A DNA stretch of 64,000 bases from a virus (IMGVR_UViG_2602042090_000006:9728-73727), one strand, 5' to 3'; numbered from the stretch's first letter, positions 10,125 to 19,677 are shown. Made by a program: numbers and translations. Notes: a model not told the origin generated them from the sequence alone.

Positions 10125-10990
10125 CAGACTTCGAAGCCCTCGTCCCACGTGGAGGCGATCGCCAGCGTGTCGAGCAGCTCGGCGTGCTCTCCGATAGTCA
10201 GGTCGATCGTGTCGCCGATGTCCTTCAGCACGTTGTTCTGCCGGGTGCGGCCGGTGAGAATGAACCGGCGCTTCTCGTGGGTGTAGGCGGGACGAGCGCC
10301 CTCGACATCGGCAATGCGCGCAACGCGCAGCGCACTGATCTGGGTCTGAAGCTCGGAGGCCATCTTGACCAGATCACCGACGATCTCAGCCGGATCGTCC
10401 ATCGGATGCCAGCCCTGCAGCGGACCGAGGCCGGCGTGCGTGTCGATGGCGCGCAGGAGCGAAAGGCCGACCGTGGCCTTGTCGATCAGATCGTCAATGT
10501 CCGTGCAGCCCGTCATGTCGAGCGCATATTTCAGGGCGCGCAGATCCAGCGCCTCGTTGCTGGTCGCAACCGGGTCGGCCGCACCCGCGACCAGGACAGC
10601 CGTTCCGCCGTCGGTCCCCTGCGGGATGTCCACGACGGCCCCGTCCATGGGACGCGCGGTGACGCCGCCTGCGAGCAGCGCTGGAACCGAGGCGCTCGCC
10701 ACGATCCCACCGGCTTGGATTTTGGACGCCGTGATCGCGTTCGAGGCGAGCTGATCGGCGGTGACCGTCCCATCTCCGATTTCACTGGCGGTGACGGCCT
10801 CCGCTGGGAAACCGCCTATGCTCCCGGTCTGGATGTTCGAGCCATCGATAACGGTCCCGTCCGGCCCGTTCATGCCGGACGGGTCGGATGCTGCCACGGG
10901 AGGAGTGGCGGCATCCAGCGCCGTGCCCAGGACGTCGGTCCCGGTTTCTTCTGCGATCGGCGCGCTGGATGATGTGATCTTCTTGGCCAT
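10124..10990 (-). CDS. Hypothetical head-region protein with a fibre-like repeat segment
   Basis: 288 aa; conserved in copy B; contains VTADQLASNAITASKI repeats. Confidence 0.7.
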   Translation of the reverse strand: MAKKITSSSAPIAEETGTDVLGTALDAATPPVAASDPSGMNGPDGTVIDGSNIQTGSIGGFPAEAVTASEIGDGTVTADQLASNAITASKIQAGGIVASASVPALLAGGVTARPMDGAVVDIPQGTDGGTAVLVAGAADPVATSNEALDLRALKYALDMTGCTDIDDLIDKATVGLSLLRAIDTHAGLGPLQGWHPMDDPAEIVGDLVKMASELQTQISALRVARIADVEGARPAYTHEKRRFILTGRTRQNNVLKDIGDTIDLTIGEHAELLDTLAIASTWDEGFEV

Positions 10991-11005
10991 GAACGGTTTC
11001 CCTTC

Positions 11006-11051
11006 GAGCTTTCGGAAAGGAACCGGCCATCCGGTCCCTTTCGAAAAGCTC
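11006..11051. repeat. Long imperfect inverted repeat (hairpin) downstream of the capsid-associated membrane gene
   Basis: GAGCTTTCGGAAAGGAACCGG-CCAT-CCGGTCCCTTTCGAAAAGCTC; also present in copy B near 56001-56046. Confidence 0.7.
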
Positions 11052-11095
11052 CGGCCGATTGCGCGGCCGGAGTTCAGTCATTCCCGCCGCCCGCC

Positions 11096-11347
11096 TTAGC
11101 GAGCGGTCAGGCTGAGACCATGCGTGCGGTAGCTGTGGCGGTAGACGGGCTTCAGGGCATCGATGACGAGGAACACGACGACGCCGAAGATCGGGGCCAT
11201 CACGATGAGCGCGGCGGCCGAGGGCGTGTCCCGCAAAAACGTCATGGCAAGCTTGATGACCGGATAGGCGACGTAGACAGCTGCGCTGACGATGGCGAAA
11301 ACCACGGCGCCGATGACGGAAAAGCTGGATCGGAGACAATATTTCAT
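11096..11347 (-). CDS. Small two-TM membrane protein
   Basis: 83 aa, hydrophobic, good SD; identical protein at 56091..56342. Confidence 0.65.
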   Translation of the reverse strand: MKYCLRSSFSVIGAVVFAIVSAAVYVAYPVIKLAMTFLRDTPSAAALIVMAPIFGVVVFLVIDALKPVYRHSYRTHGLSLTAR

Positions 11348-11424
11348 GCTGGTCCCTTCGGGCGTTATCCTCCGGCCGGCTGGCCGAAGGGAGAGCGTGG
11401 CCTGACGGTCAGGCCGAGGCCAAC

Positions 11425-12360
11425 TCAGGCGGCGACATTCTGGAAGAAGTAGCCAAGCTCCGGAGCCGACACGACTTCGGCAACGCTTTCGCCGGAGCGC
11501 ACACGGCGCGATCCGCGAAGGCCGATCTTCGGCTCGTCCATCGAGCCGGCAACGCGGTTGCCGAACTGAGCCGTCCAGCCCCATGTCGGCACTTCGCCCA
11601 TGCTCGACACGATCTTCTCGCGACGGATCAGGGCGCAATGCTTGCCCCAGAGGCGGTAGCGCACTGCCGGCTGGCCCGGACGAGCTGCATTGGCAAATCC
11701 GGAGCCGACGACGATGTCATCAAGTTCGAGGAGATCGGCGACAGCACGCTTGTCGGCGAGACCATCGGCAACGCCGGATGTCGTGAGTGCCCGCAGAACG
11801 TTCGGGTTCTGGCGCATCTGCGACCAAGCCAGCCGGCCCATGACAGCAACGTTCGCACGCATGACCATGCTGTCGAGCGCATCCGTGACGGCGCGGATCG
11901 GCTTGCTGTCAGCGTGGCTCCACTGAGAAGCGCCGGTCAGAACCTCGCGGTTTGCGAGCGGATAGGTCAGCGGGTTGAACGTCTTGTCGGCAACGCGCTT
12001 CTCGCGATCCAGCTCGACGATGTTGGTCAGCTGCTGGACGGCGAAAGCTTCCGGGTCGTAACCGGCCGGCGCCTGCATGATGTCGGCGATCGGAATGATG
12101 GCGTCCTGGCCGTAGTCGGCCGTGGCGGCCGTCACTTCCGTGCCGCCGAACTCCATGATGTTCGGCTCGGACTTACGGCCGACCTTGGTGTCAGGGATCG
12201 TGATCGTCTGGTCGAAGCCGAAGACCATGTACTTAAAGGTCTCAGCCGTCAGACGCGGCTCGAGGCGAGGCATGACCTGATCGGCGATCAGTTCCCCATT
12301 CTTGAAGGCAACGGCGATGCCGGTCAGAACCGGATCGACGGGAAACGGCTGTCCAGCCAT
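11425..12360 (-). CDS. Major capsid protein
   Basis: 311 aa; VDPVLT.IA.....IAD.V.P start typical of this capsid family; follows the protease and cement genes. Confidence 0.9.
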   Translation of the reverse strand: MAGQPFPVDPVLTGIAVAFKNGELIADQVMPRLEPRLTAETFKYMVFGFDQTITIPDTKVGRKSEPNIMEFGGTEVTAATADYGQDAIIPIADIMQAPAGYDPEAFAVQQLTNIVELDREKRVADKTFNPLTYPLANREVLTGASQWSHADSKPIRAVTDALDSMVMRANVAVMGRLAWSQMRQNPNVLRALTTSGVADGLADKRAVADLLELDDIVVGSGFANAARPGQPAVRYRLWGKHCALIRREKIVSSMGEVPTWGWTAQFGNRVAGSMDEPKIGLRGSRRVRSGESVAEVVSAPELGYFFQNVAA

Positions 12361-12393
12361 ACGTAAGTGCTCCTGCGGGTGTCGATCCGGGCC

Positions 12394-12765
12394 TTAGCCC
12401 TGGATGCGATGGGGGTTGATGAAGGCCTTGGCGATGTCGCCAGCAACGCCGCTTGTAAGGACGCGACCGACGATGAAGTGGTTGACGCCCGCGCCGGGTG
12501 CGGCGGCAACGGCCTTGCCACTAGCGTCTGCCGTGATGCCGGCGCCGGGTGCGACCGTGCCGCCGACGACGACTTCGGCCGGGCCGAACAGCACGACATC
12601 GACGCGCTGGCCGATCTTGGCGCCGTTCGGGTAATCGACGACGCCGGCGATCACGTCGGTTGGCGCCGTCGCCAGCGCGACCTCGCCATCGTTGGCGGTG
12701 AACTTGACCTGGGCGCGATGGGCAAGATCGGTCGAGGCGATGAAGGCTTTGATGAACGGGTTCAT
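12394..12765 (-). CDS. Capsid cement/decoration protein (DUF2190-like)
   Basis: 123 aa, Ala/Gly/Val-rich; lies between protease and capsid genes. Confidence 0.75.
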   Translation of the reverse strand: MNPFIKAFIASTDLAHRAQVKFTANDGEVALATAPTDVIAGVVDYPNGAKIGQRVDVVLFGPAEVVVGGTVAPGAGITADASGKAVAAAPGAGVNHFIVGRVLTSGVAGDIAKAFINPHRIQG

Positions 12766-12775
12766 GCGGCGGTCC

Positions 12776-13891
12776 TCAGCGGCGGTTCTTCAGGCGCATC
12801 GCAGCCGTGGCGGGATCGATGTCCTCGCCGCGTTCCTTCGCAGCCTTGATTTCGGTCTGGATCGCGATGGCGACCTGATTGCTGTCCGAAAAGTCCGGAC
12901 CATTGCCGTTCGCCAGTTCCGTTGTTTCGACGGGCACGGGCAGCTTTTCGAGCAACTCGCGGAAGGCGCCGCGCGGCGATGTCGTCTTCTGAGCGCCGGC
13001 TTCCGAAAAGGTCAGCACGTCGTCGGACATTTCCGAGAACAGCGCGATCGCGGTGTCCTTCAGCCCGATCGGCAGACGGCCGGCTGCGATGACACCTTCG
13101 ACGAACGCGCTGTCAGCCGCAGCCTGGGCCTTGGTGTTGGCCTCGGAGAAGGTCGTTTCGCGCGCCTTGATGGCGGCCTCACGAGCGTCGAGTTCGGCAA
13201 GCCGCTCGGCCTCCGTCTTCTGGACGTTGGTCATGGAAAGATCCTTGGTGGTTTCAGAGAAGGTCGGCCGCACCTCTTCCTCGCGCGCTTCAGCACGCAT
13301 GGAGGCGGCGTTTTCGTTGATCTGGTCGATCTCGTATTGCGGGATGATCCGATCGGCGGTCGCGATGTCGGCCGTCTCGATGAAGTAGTCGCGCATGCCC
13401 CGGAAGAGCCGGCCGATGCTGTCCATCGTCCAGGCGGTGCGCCAAGGCGTCTCGGCAAACTCCAGCACGAGATCCGTCGCTTCCGCGAACTCGATGCCGG
13501 CCAGACCTTTGACGGCCGGTGGCTCGGCGCCGAGGAAGCCGACATGACGAAGATGGTAGGAGCCCGGCGTCGGGTTGCCGGGTGCGGCCGGATCGTAGAG
13601 CGCAGCCGACACCTTCAGGAACTTGCCGTCTCGCACCATCTCGGAAAAGGACGGGTCGAGGCGATCGGGTTCGGCGACGAGGCGTCCGTCTTTCACCGAC
13701 AGCGCCTTCACCCAGCCGAAAGCCGGCGCGTTCGTCTTCGGATGACCGACAACGATCGGCGCCTGATGGTTGGCCGGATCGTAAGAGGAGGCGATCGCCG
13801 CAACATCGGCGTCGGAGAAGGTGATCGCCTTCCCCTGCGTCGAAACATGGCTGCCGGTTTTGAAGATTTCGAACGGTTTCATGCCCGGCAT
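12776..13891 (-). CDS. Prohead protease/scaffold (Mu gpI-like)
   Basis: APIVVGHP...PAFGWV and LRHVGFLGAEPPAVKGL motifs; coiled-coil C-terminus. Confidence 0.88.
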   Translation of the reverse strand: MPGMKPFEIFKTGSHVSTQGKAITFSDADVAAIASSYDPANHQAPIVVGHPKTNAPAFGWVKALSVKDGRLVAEPDRLDPSFSEMVRDGKFLKVSAALYDPAAPGNPTPGSYHLRHVGFLGAEPPAVKGLAGIEFAEATDLVLEFAETPWRTAWTMDSIGRLFRGMRDYFIETADIATADRIIPQYEIDQINENAASMRAEAREEEVRPTFSETTKDLSMTNVQKTEAERLAELDAREAAIKARETTFSEANTKAQAAADSAFVEGVIAAGRLPIGLKDTAIALFSEMSDDVLTFSEAGAQKTTSPRGAFRELLEKLPVPVETTELANGNGPDFSDSNQVAIAIQTEIKAAKERGEDIDPATAAMRLKNRR

Positions 13892-13922
13892 CTAAGCCAA
13901 GGCGTGCCCCGCCGTCGGGACC

Positions 13923-13950
13923 GCGAAATCGCACACCGAGGAACAAAGGC
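13923..13950 (-). promoter_or_regulatory. Putative late-activator (Mor/C-type) site upstream of the protease gene
   Basis: GCGAAATCGCA-N6-GGAAC-AAAG, shared with 22037-22065 and 58920-58947. Confidence 0.6.
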
Positions 13951-14108
13951 TGGAAATCGGGACGGGAGGGCGGCAGCGCATGCCGGACACGATCTTCAGA
14001 TCGTTTTCAAAGCCGTTTCAAAGCCCTCTGGCGCGTTTGAACAGCCTGTGCGCCATCACCGGGCCTTAAAGCGCACCATTGGCCTCCTGAGGCCGTTTTG
14101 CAAGCACG

Positions 14109-14609
14109 CTATTTCTGCTCGATCGCATCGACGAAGTGATCCTTGACGATATCGAGGATAGCCGTAATCGACGCCTCGTTGAACCCGAGGAATTGCCGCT
14201 TGGGGATTTTCACGCTCTGAACCTTGAACGTCTGTCCGCCCATCGAGAACACCAGCGCCTCGGCTGTCTTCGGTCGGATCGTTCCGCCCTCATTGTGAAT
14301 CCGCGCATAGACTTCGTTCGAGCCGATCTCGACGCCGTCGCCGGCGAGCTGCCACACGATCTGGGAAAGGCTGCGCGTCTCACCCCGCAGGATGCCTGGG
14401 CCCTTCTTCGTCTTGGCATAGAGCGGATTGAGCGCGACCCACGGCGCGCCGTTCGGATCCTTCTGGTCGATGAAGCGGCGCCGAGTGACCTTGGCTTCGA
14501 ACTCGCCGATGTTCTTCAGCACAGGCTTGATGTTGCCCGCCGCTGCAAGCAGCCGTGCCAGCGCATCATTGATGGAGGCATCGTCGATCGTGATAGTCGC
14601 AGCGGTCAT
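14109..14609 (-). CDS. Virion morphogenesis protein (Mu gpG-like)
   Basis: RRF..QKDP.G.PW..L, GSN..YARIHNEGG and IPKRQFLG motifs. Confidence 0.9.
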   Translation of the reverse strand: MTAATITIDDASINDALARLLAAAGNIKPVLKNIGEFEAKVTRRRFIDQKDPNGAPWVALNPLYAKTKKGPGILRGETRSLSQIVWQLAGDGVEIGSNEVYARIHNEGGTIRPKTAEALVFSMGGQTFKVQSVKIPKRQFLGFNEASITAILDIVKDHFVDAIEQK

Positions 14610-14656
14610 TGCGTCGTCCCGTTGTTCTGCTCGGCTGCCAGTGCTATATTCTGGCT

Positions 14657-14732
14657 GTTGGTTGATCGAGGCGCCGGAGCCCTCCGTAGATCATCTGACG
14701 CAAAGCGCGCCCCGGCAGGCGCGCTTTTTCTA
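14657..14732 (+). ncRNA. Candidate small RNA, convergent with gpF-PBECR2
   Basis: Extended -10 TGCTATATT at 14642-14650; internal stem TGATC-GAGG...CCTC-GATCA; terminator hairpin with T-tract. Confidence 0.45.
14702..14732 (+). terminator. Rho-independent terminator, plus strand
   Basis: AAAGCGCGC-CCCGGCAG-GCGCGCTTTTTCT. Confidence 0.7.
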
Positions 14733-15974
14733 TTCAGCCCGTCGAAACAGAAGCGCACCACGCCGGTAATTCTGAAGGTAATCGTCCTTCGTATCGAAGC
14801 CGGTCACGGCCACCCAGCCCCTGTTGGTCCATTCGAAACGCACGAACAAGGCGCGGCCATCGGGCAGGATGATCCGCTTCAGGTAGGCACGGCGCAAGAC
14901 CACGCCACTTCTCATGGTCGCCCAATCCACCCAGATCTCGTCTGGCGCGATGATGGTATCGGCCAGCAGCTTGGCGTACTGGCCTCGGCCGCGTTTGTCG
15001 CTCTTCAGGCCGACGACGGTCCCGTCCGGCATGCGCTGCTCGAACAGGGACCGGCTGATGGTGATGAGCCCTCCGGACTTGTCGCGGAACGGGCCTTCGT
15101 CCTTCTTCAGGTTGAACCGCTTCAGGAAGCCCTCGACATAGGCTTTCGGCTCAAGCCCCTCCGGCATCAGGTCGCGGCTCTTGGCGGCGGTCGGCTCCGG
15201 GAGATCCGGCAGGTTGACCGGCGCCGGCGTATCCGGCCGATACGCTGGCAGCGGCTCTCGCAGCTCGGTTGGCACAACACCGTCGAGCCACTCCTTGCCG
15301 ACGTTGTATTCCCAGCCGCGATCGATGCCGCCGATCCGCTCTTCCTTCTCCCCGGTGCGAGGATCGATACCGTCATACCTGACCAGCTCGGGCGACTCGT
15401 CCGGCGCATCCTTGCCGAGCGCTTGCATCTCGCGTCGGGACAGAGCCTCGACATCGCAACCGCATCCCCAGCCATTCGGCGGGTAGATGCGGTCCCAGAT
15501 CGGATCGGTTGCGGCCCAGACCTTGCCGTCCCAGGCAAGGTGCTGAAGACGCGGATGCAGCGCGCCGGAATGGACGTACTGCCAGTAGGGCCGATACTTC
15601 AGGACATCGGGATCTGTGAGCTGCTTATAGCGCCCGGCCATATAGCTGGTGCGCATGTTTGTCGTGTAGATGATCCGCGCGCGCCATGCGCGCCGCTCGC
15701 CATCCGTCGATCCACGCGCATTAAAGAGCCAGCCCGTGCGATCGACGATGGCGTCAAAGTCCTTTTGAAACTCTTTGAAGCCCGTTCCCTGGACACGCGC
15801 TTTCTCGATCGCCGCCCGGAAATCTCCCAGCATGTCATCCCGCGTGACGCCGGCGACAGAAAAGCCGCGGACATGGGCTCCATGCTTCAGATCGTCATAG
15901 CGCCTGGTGGGCAGGTTGACCTTGCCGGCGACGAAGTCGATTGCCTCCTGAAACGGGATCTGCTCACCGGCCAT
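14730..15974 (-). CDS. Minor head protein Mu gpF fused to a C-terminal PBECR2-like nuclease domain
   Basis: YPPNGWGCGC.V MuF motif; C-terminal LLADTIIAPDEIW...RRAYLK...TGF...YL..YRRG.LL pattern. Confidence 0.85.
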   Translation of the reverse strand: MAGEQIPFQEAIDFVAGKVNLPTRRYDDLKHGAHVRGFSVAGVTRDDMLGDFRAAIEKARVQGTGFKEFQKDFDAIVDRTGWLFNARGSTDGERRAWRARIIYTTNMRTSYMAGRYKQLTDPDVLKYRPYWQYVHSGALHPRLQHLAWDGKVWAATDPIWDRIYPPNGWGCGCDVEALSRREMQALGKDAPDESPELVRYDGIDPRTGEKEERIGGIDRGWEYNVGKEWLDGVVPTELREPLPAYRPDTPAPVNLPDLPEPTAAKSRDLMPEGLEPKAYVEGFLKRFNLKKDEGPFRDKSGGLITISRSLFEQRMPDGTVVGLKSDKRGRGQYAKLLADTIIAPDEIWVDWATMRSGVVLRRAYLKRIILPDGRALFVRFEWTNRGWVAVTGFDTKDDYLQNYRRGALLFRRAE

Positions 15975-17442
15975 CGACGGATGCCACGCCTTCGAGCTGG
16001 GCGAGCAGCGCGGCCTGCTCGAGGAGCTGAGCCAGATCGTCTACGCCCATCTCCGACGACAGCCGTGCCAGCCGTAGCGTCAGATCGTCATAATCGCGCG
16101 CCTCGGCGAACTCGGTGCGGATCTGTCCGATCATGCTGTCGAACACGCCGGCGCCGGCGGTCTCCAGCTGGTCGGTCAGGTTGGCCACGACACGCTCGCT
16201 GTTGGAACGTGCCGGCGGGTCTGCGAAATCCAGATTATCGAGCGCGCCCTTGGCCGCAACGCCGGGCTTGCCCGGTTTGGTCTCCGGCGCCGGCTTCTCA
16301 ATCCATTCGCCGCCATAGGTGTCGTCGATGTACTGCGGGTCCTTCGGACGATAGCCCATCTTGTAGATCGTCTCGTCGCGCTTGATCTTCTCGTTGAGAT
16401 CCTCGGCCTCGGCGAAATCGCGCCAGACGTCGGGGATGCCGGCGCCGGGAAAGTTCAGCTCGACGATCCACCGGGCGATGGTGTCCTTGATGGTGGCGGA
16501 GATCAGATCGGCATCCGCCTTGGCGATCGCAACGCGCACCTCGTTGTGGACTTCGCCGAGCGATCGCGCGCCGCGCTCGCCGGAGTTCGTGGTCAACGTC
16601 TCACCGAGCACCGCCTCGCTCATAAGTTCGTCGAGGTATCGGTTCAGCTTCTCAAACACGTCGCCGCCGCCGGCCTTCGCCTCCAGCAGCTCTACGATGA
16701 CGTTTTCCGGTACCGCAATGCCGGTGTCGTTCGCCAGCTGCCGGATCGCGGCCAGCATCTCGTCCTGGCGTTGCTTGTCGTAGCCACCGGGATACGTGAT
16801 CTTCGTCGTCGGCGTGCCGTGTTTCTCGACGGCGCGCAGCCACTGTGCCAGTGCGTTGCGCTTCATCCATGCGGGCCAGTAGAGGACTTGCCCTATGCCG
16901 ACGCCATATGGATCGTCTTCATCGTCGTCGATCGAATGCCTGTGAACCACGAACTTCCGATCGGGAACCGGCACACCCTCGATCATGGCAGCGCGCGTCA
17001 GGAGCCGGAGTTTGCCGTCCATGTCGAACCGGAACCGGCGCTGCTTCTTGACCTTAACGGCCTGTAGCGTCCAGACGCCGGCGACATTGGCCCAGAGAAC
17101 CTCGGCAACGGAGAAGCCCTTCAGGACGGCGCCCAGCATGCCGCGTGTCAGCTTGTCGAAGTCGATCGCCTTCAGCTGGCGCTTGACTTCCTCGGCCGCG
17201 CGCTTGTCGAGATCGCTTTCCGATGCCTCGAAGACACTCCATTCGCGGCTGACCACTTCCAGCTTTCGCTTTTGCAGGATGGCGAAGGCATGCGGATCGC
17301 GCCGGATCTCGTCATAGAGCTGATGGCTCTTGCCAAGGCCACGCGTGCGCAGGATCTCGTCTGTCGGCTGCATGACGCCGGCGAACTCCGGGACGAACGG
17401 GTCCGTCCGGATCGTTGCGATCTCCATGGTGGTTTCAGCCAT
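15964..17442 (-). CDS. Portal protein (Mu gp29/DUF935)
   Basis: PYGVGIG..LYWP and LGETLTT...SLGEVHNEVR motifs. Confidence 0.92.
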   Translation of the reverse strand: MAETTMEIATIRTDPFVPEFAGVMQPTDEILRTRGLGKSHQLYDEIRRDPHAFAILQKRKLEVVSREWSVFEASESDLDKRAAEEVKRQLKAIDFDKLTRGMLGAVLKGFSVAEVLWANVAGVWTLQAVKVKKQRRFRFDMDGKLRLLTRAAMIEGVPVPDRKFVVHRHSIDDDEDDPYGVGIGQVLYWPAWMKRNALAQWLRAVEKHGTPTTKITYPGGYDKQRQDEMLAAIRQLANDTGIAVPENVIVELLEAKAGGGDVFEKLNRYLDELMSEAVLGETLTTNSGERGARSLGEVHNEVRVAIAKADADLISATIKDTIARWIVELNFPGAGIPDVWRDFAEAEDLNEKIKRDETIYKMGYRPKDPQYIDDTYGGEWIEKPAPETKPGKPGVAAKGALDNLDFADPPARSNSERVVANLTDQLETAGAGVFDSMIGQIRTEFAEARDYDDLTLRLARLSSEMGVDDLAQLLEQAALLAQLEGVASVDGR

Positions 17443-17443
17443 C

Positions 17444-19069
17444 TCAGTACCCCGTAAATGCGGAAAGATCGGATCGGGCGGCTACGGCGCCGTAAGCTCC
17501 GGTCGCGTCCGTGAACTGGCCGGCTGTCGGACGGTCATCCCCTGTCACGCCGGCGCCAACTTCGCCGCCTTCCTGCTCACTGGCATAAACTGCCAACGCT
17601 CCGGCGACGGCACTGTCGCCATGGCGCGCGAAACCGTCTGCCCCTTGCGTGCGAGCATCGTCCGGCACCTTGGCAATGCCCTTGGTCATCTTCAGCAGAC
17701 GGTAATCGCCGAGCACGTCGTCATCGAGCGGCAGCTCAAACGTGCCGTCTTCGAAGCCGGCTTTCAGCTTCGGCATGTTGAGCATGTACCATTGCTGCGA
17801 GAGCTTGATCTCCGAGACGAACGACGCGCCGAACGCCTGCCGTGCCGCCTCGGCATGCGCCGCACCGTTGCCGGTAGCGTCAAAAGCCGCGTGGAAGAAG
17901 CGCGGCAAATGCTTTCGCAGGAAGAGGATGATCTGGCGCTGGCTCTCGAACGGCACGTTGCGCAGCTCGAGGAGGAACGGCGTGCGCAGGCTGGTGTCGA
18001 GACGCACCTGAAACGGATGGATCACGGACAAGTCGCCCGATCGGCCGAAGTCCTGGCCGAAGCCGGACCGCATCGTCGGATCGAGACGCTTCAGATGCGG
18101 CAGGAGCTGCTCGGTGCAGAAGTCCGCGATCTCCGCATCTCGAAGCTCTTTCGGCCAATCGACAAAGCCTTCCGGCGACGCCCAGCGAATAACCGGAATG
18201 TCTTCCTTCATCCGCGACATGATCAGTGATCGGGTAAGGAACGCGCCCGACGACATCGATGGGATGCAGAACAGCTCCTCGTCAGCGCCGGCGCCATAGA
18301 ACTTGATGATGTCCTGGCGCCAGTCGGCCTCCGCCTCGGCCGACCACGGCTTGCCGGTCACATAGGCGATCCGCTCGTAGAGCCCCTGCTGCAGCGCCGT
18401 GTCGAAATCGATGCGCAGATGCTTGTAGCTCTGCCGGCCGGCAGGGATCTCTTGGATCTGTTCGTTGAAGTGGTTGTCAAAGCCATCATGCGTGGAGCAG
18501 ACGATGACCTGTCCGCCCCACATTAGGAACGCGAGCGCCGCCTTTAGCAGTTCTTCGAGGCTGTCAACGAAGGCCGCTTCGTCGATCATGACGACGCCCT
18601 GCTTACCGCGCAGGGTGCGCGGCGCCGATGACAGGCCGACGATTTCGAAGCCCGACGAGAACTTGATCCGGAATGCCTGAATGGCGCGCTCGCCATCCTT
18701 GTCCGAGTCGTCCCAGATGAATTCCTGCATCTCCAGCGCGGCTTGGCTGAAGGCGCGGGCCCACATGGCGCAGGCGTCGATGAACTCGCGCGTCATCTCC
18801 TGGCTATAGGAGATGTACATGAAGTCCATGCCGCCGGCTTCGCGGGCACGCGCTGCGCGCAGGACGGCATAGGCTGCGCACGCCCATGTCAGGCCGATAC
18901 GGCGCGACTTCTCGACGAAGAGAACGCGGCAGGCCGTTGTCTCGAGGAGGGCGAGCGTCTGCTGCTGGTACGGCAACAGCGCCTTGCGGGCGCCGATCCG
19001 GTTGATGACGGCATCGGTCGAGATGCGGCGCGCCTCGGCCCATTGCTCTTTGCTGATAGGGCCGCTCAT
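17444..19069 (-). CDS. terL: Terminase large subunit (Mu gp28-like)
   Basis: EKSRRIGLTW Walker A, IDEAAF Walker B, GQDFGR.GD nuclease motif, HGD.A.A.ALA. Confidence 0.95.
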   Translation of the reverse strand: MSGPISKEQWAEARRISTDAVINRIGARKALLPYQQQTLALLETTACRVLFVEKSRRIGLTWACAAYAVLRAARAREAGGMDFMYISYSQEMTREFIDACAMWARAFSQAALEMQEFIWDDSDKDGERAIQAFRIKFSSGFEIVGLSSAPRTLRGKQGVVMIDEAAFVDSLEELLKAALAFLMWGGQVIVCSTHDGFDNHFNEQIQEIPAGRQSYKHLRIDFDTALQQGLYERIAYVTGKPWSAEAEADWRQDIIKFYGAGADEELFCIPSMSSGAFLTRSLIMSRMKEDIPVIRWASPEGFVDWPKELRDAEIADFCTEQLLPHLKRLDPTMRSGFGQDFGRSGDLSVIHPFQVRLDTSLRTPFLLELRNVPFESQRQIILFLRKHLPRFFHAAFDATGNGAAHAEAARQAFGASFVSEIKLSQQWYMLNMPKLKAGFEDGTFELPLDDDVLGDYRLLKMTKGIAKVPDDARTQGADGFARHGDSAVAGALAVYASEQEGGEVGAGVTGDDRPTAGQFTDATGAYGAVAARSDLSAFTGY

Positions 19070-19677
19070 TTCGTCCCCACGCCAAGAATCTGATCAAGGA
19101 TCTCACTGGCCGTTTCGTCAGACAGGCCCTTCGAGCGCTGGACGAGTTTGACGGCTTCCTCAGCCTTGGAGGCAAAATCGGCCTCGACCTTCTGGCGCCT
19201 GGCTGTCGAGACGCCCTGCGCTTGGCTGGCAGCGCGCAGCGCATTCGCCAGCGCCATGGCGCCCTTCGGATCGAGGCCCGCCTCGCCGGCATTGGTCAGC
19301 AGTTCGAAGATCAGCGTCTTGATCGCTTCGGCCGCAATCAGCGTCAGATCGTCGGAGGATTTCGCATCCCACTTCTCGGCAATCGTCGCAGCGATCTCGC
19401 GCGTCTGATTGAGCCGGTTGGAGAGCGTGGCAAGCTTGATCGAATAGCGATTGAAGGCCGAGAACGACGGGATCGTGAACTCCAGCTCGCCGCGATGCTC
19501 CCGCTTCAGGGCCTCCAGCTCGGCGAAGAAGTCCTGATAGATATCGATCTGCGTCCGGTCACGGTCCTGCAGATCGGCCGCTGCCTTTGCAACGATCGAT
19601 GCGCACTCTTCCGGCAGAAGCTCGATACCGGAGAGCCGACTACGCATGCGAGCTACCGGCCGGCGGGATGACGGCAC
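19066..19677 (-). CDS. Terminase small subunit (Mu gp27/DUF3486-like); start uncertain
   Basis: RLS.IELLP and S.SAFNRY motifs; directly precedes terL. Confidence 0.8.
   Translation of the reverse strand: MPSSRRPVARMRSRLSGIELLPEECASIVAKAAADLQDRDRTQIDIYQDFFAELEALKREHRGELEFTIPSFSAFNRYSIKLATLSNRLNQTREIAATIAEKWDAKSSDDLTLIAAEAIKTLIFELLTNAGEAGLDPKGAMALANALRAASQAQGVSTARRQKVEADFASKAEEAVKLVQRSKGLSDETASEILDQILGVGTK

Noticed and set aside
14136-16385. Long plus-strand ORFs (749 aa here; also 12692..14146, 27457..28770, 44979..46598, 48986..51907, 59133..61382)
   Set aside because: They are antisense shadows of well-supported high-GC genes, with no recognisable motifs.
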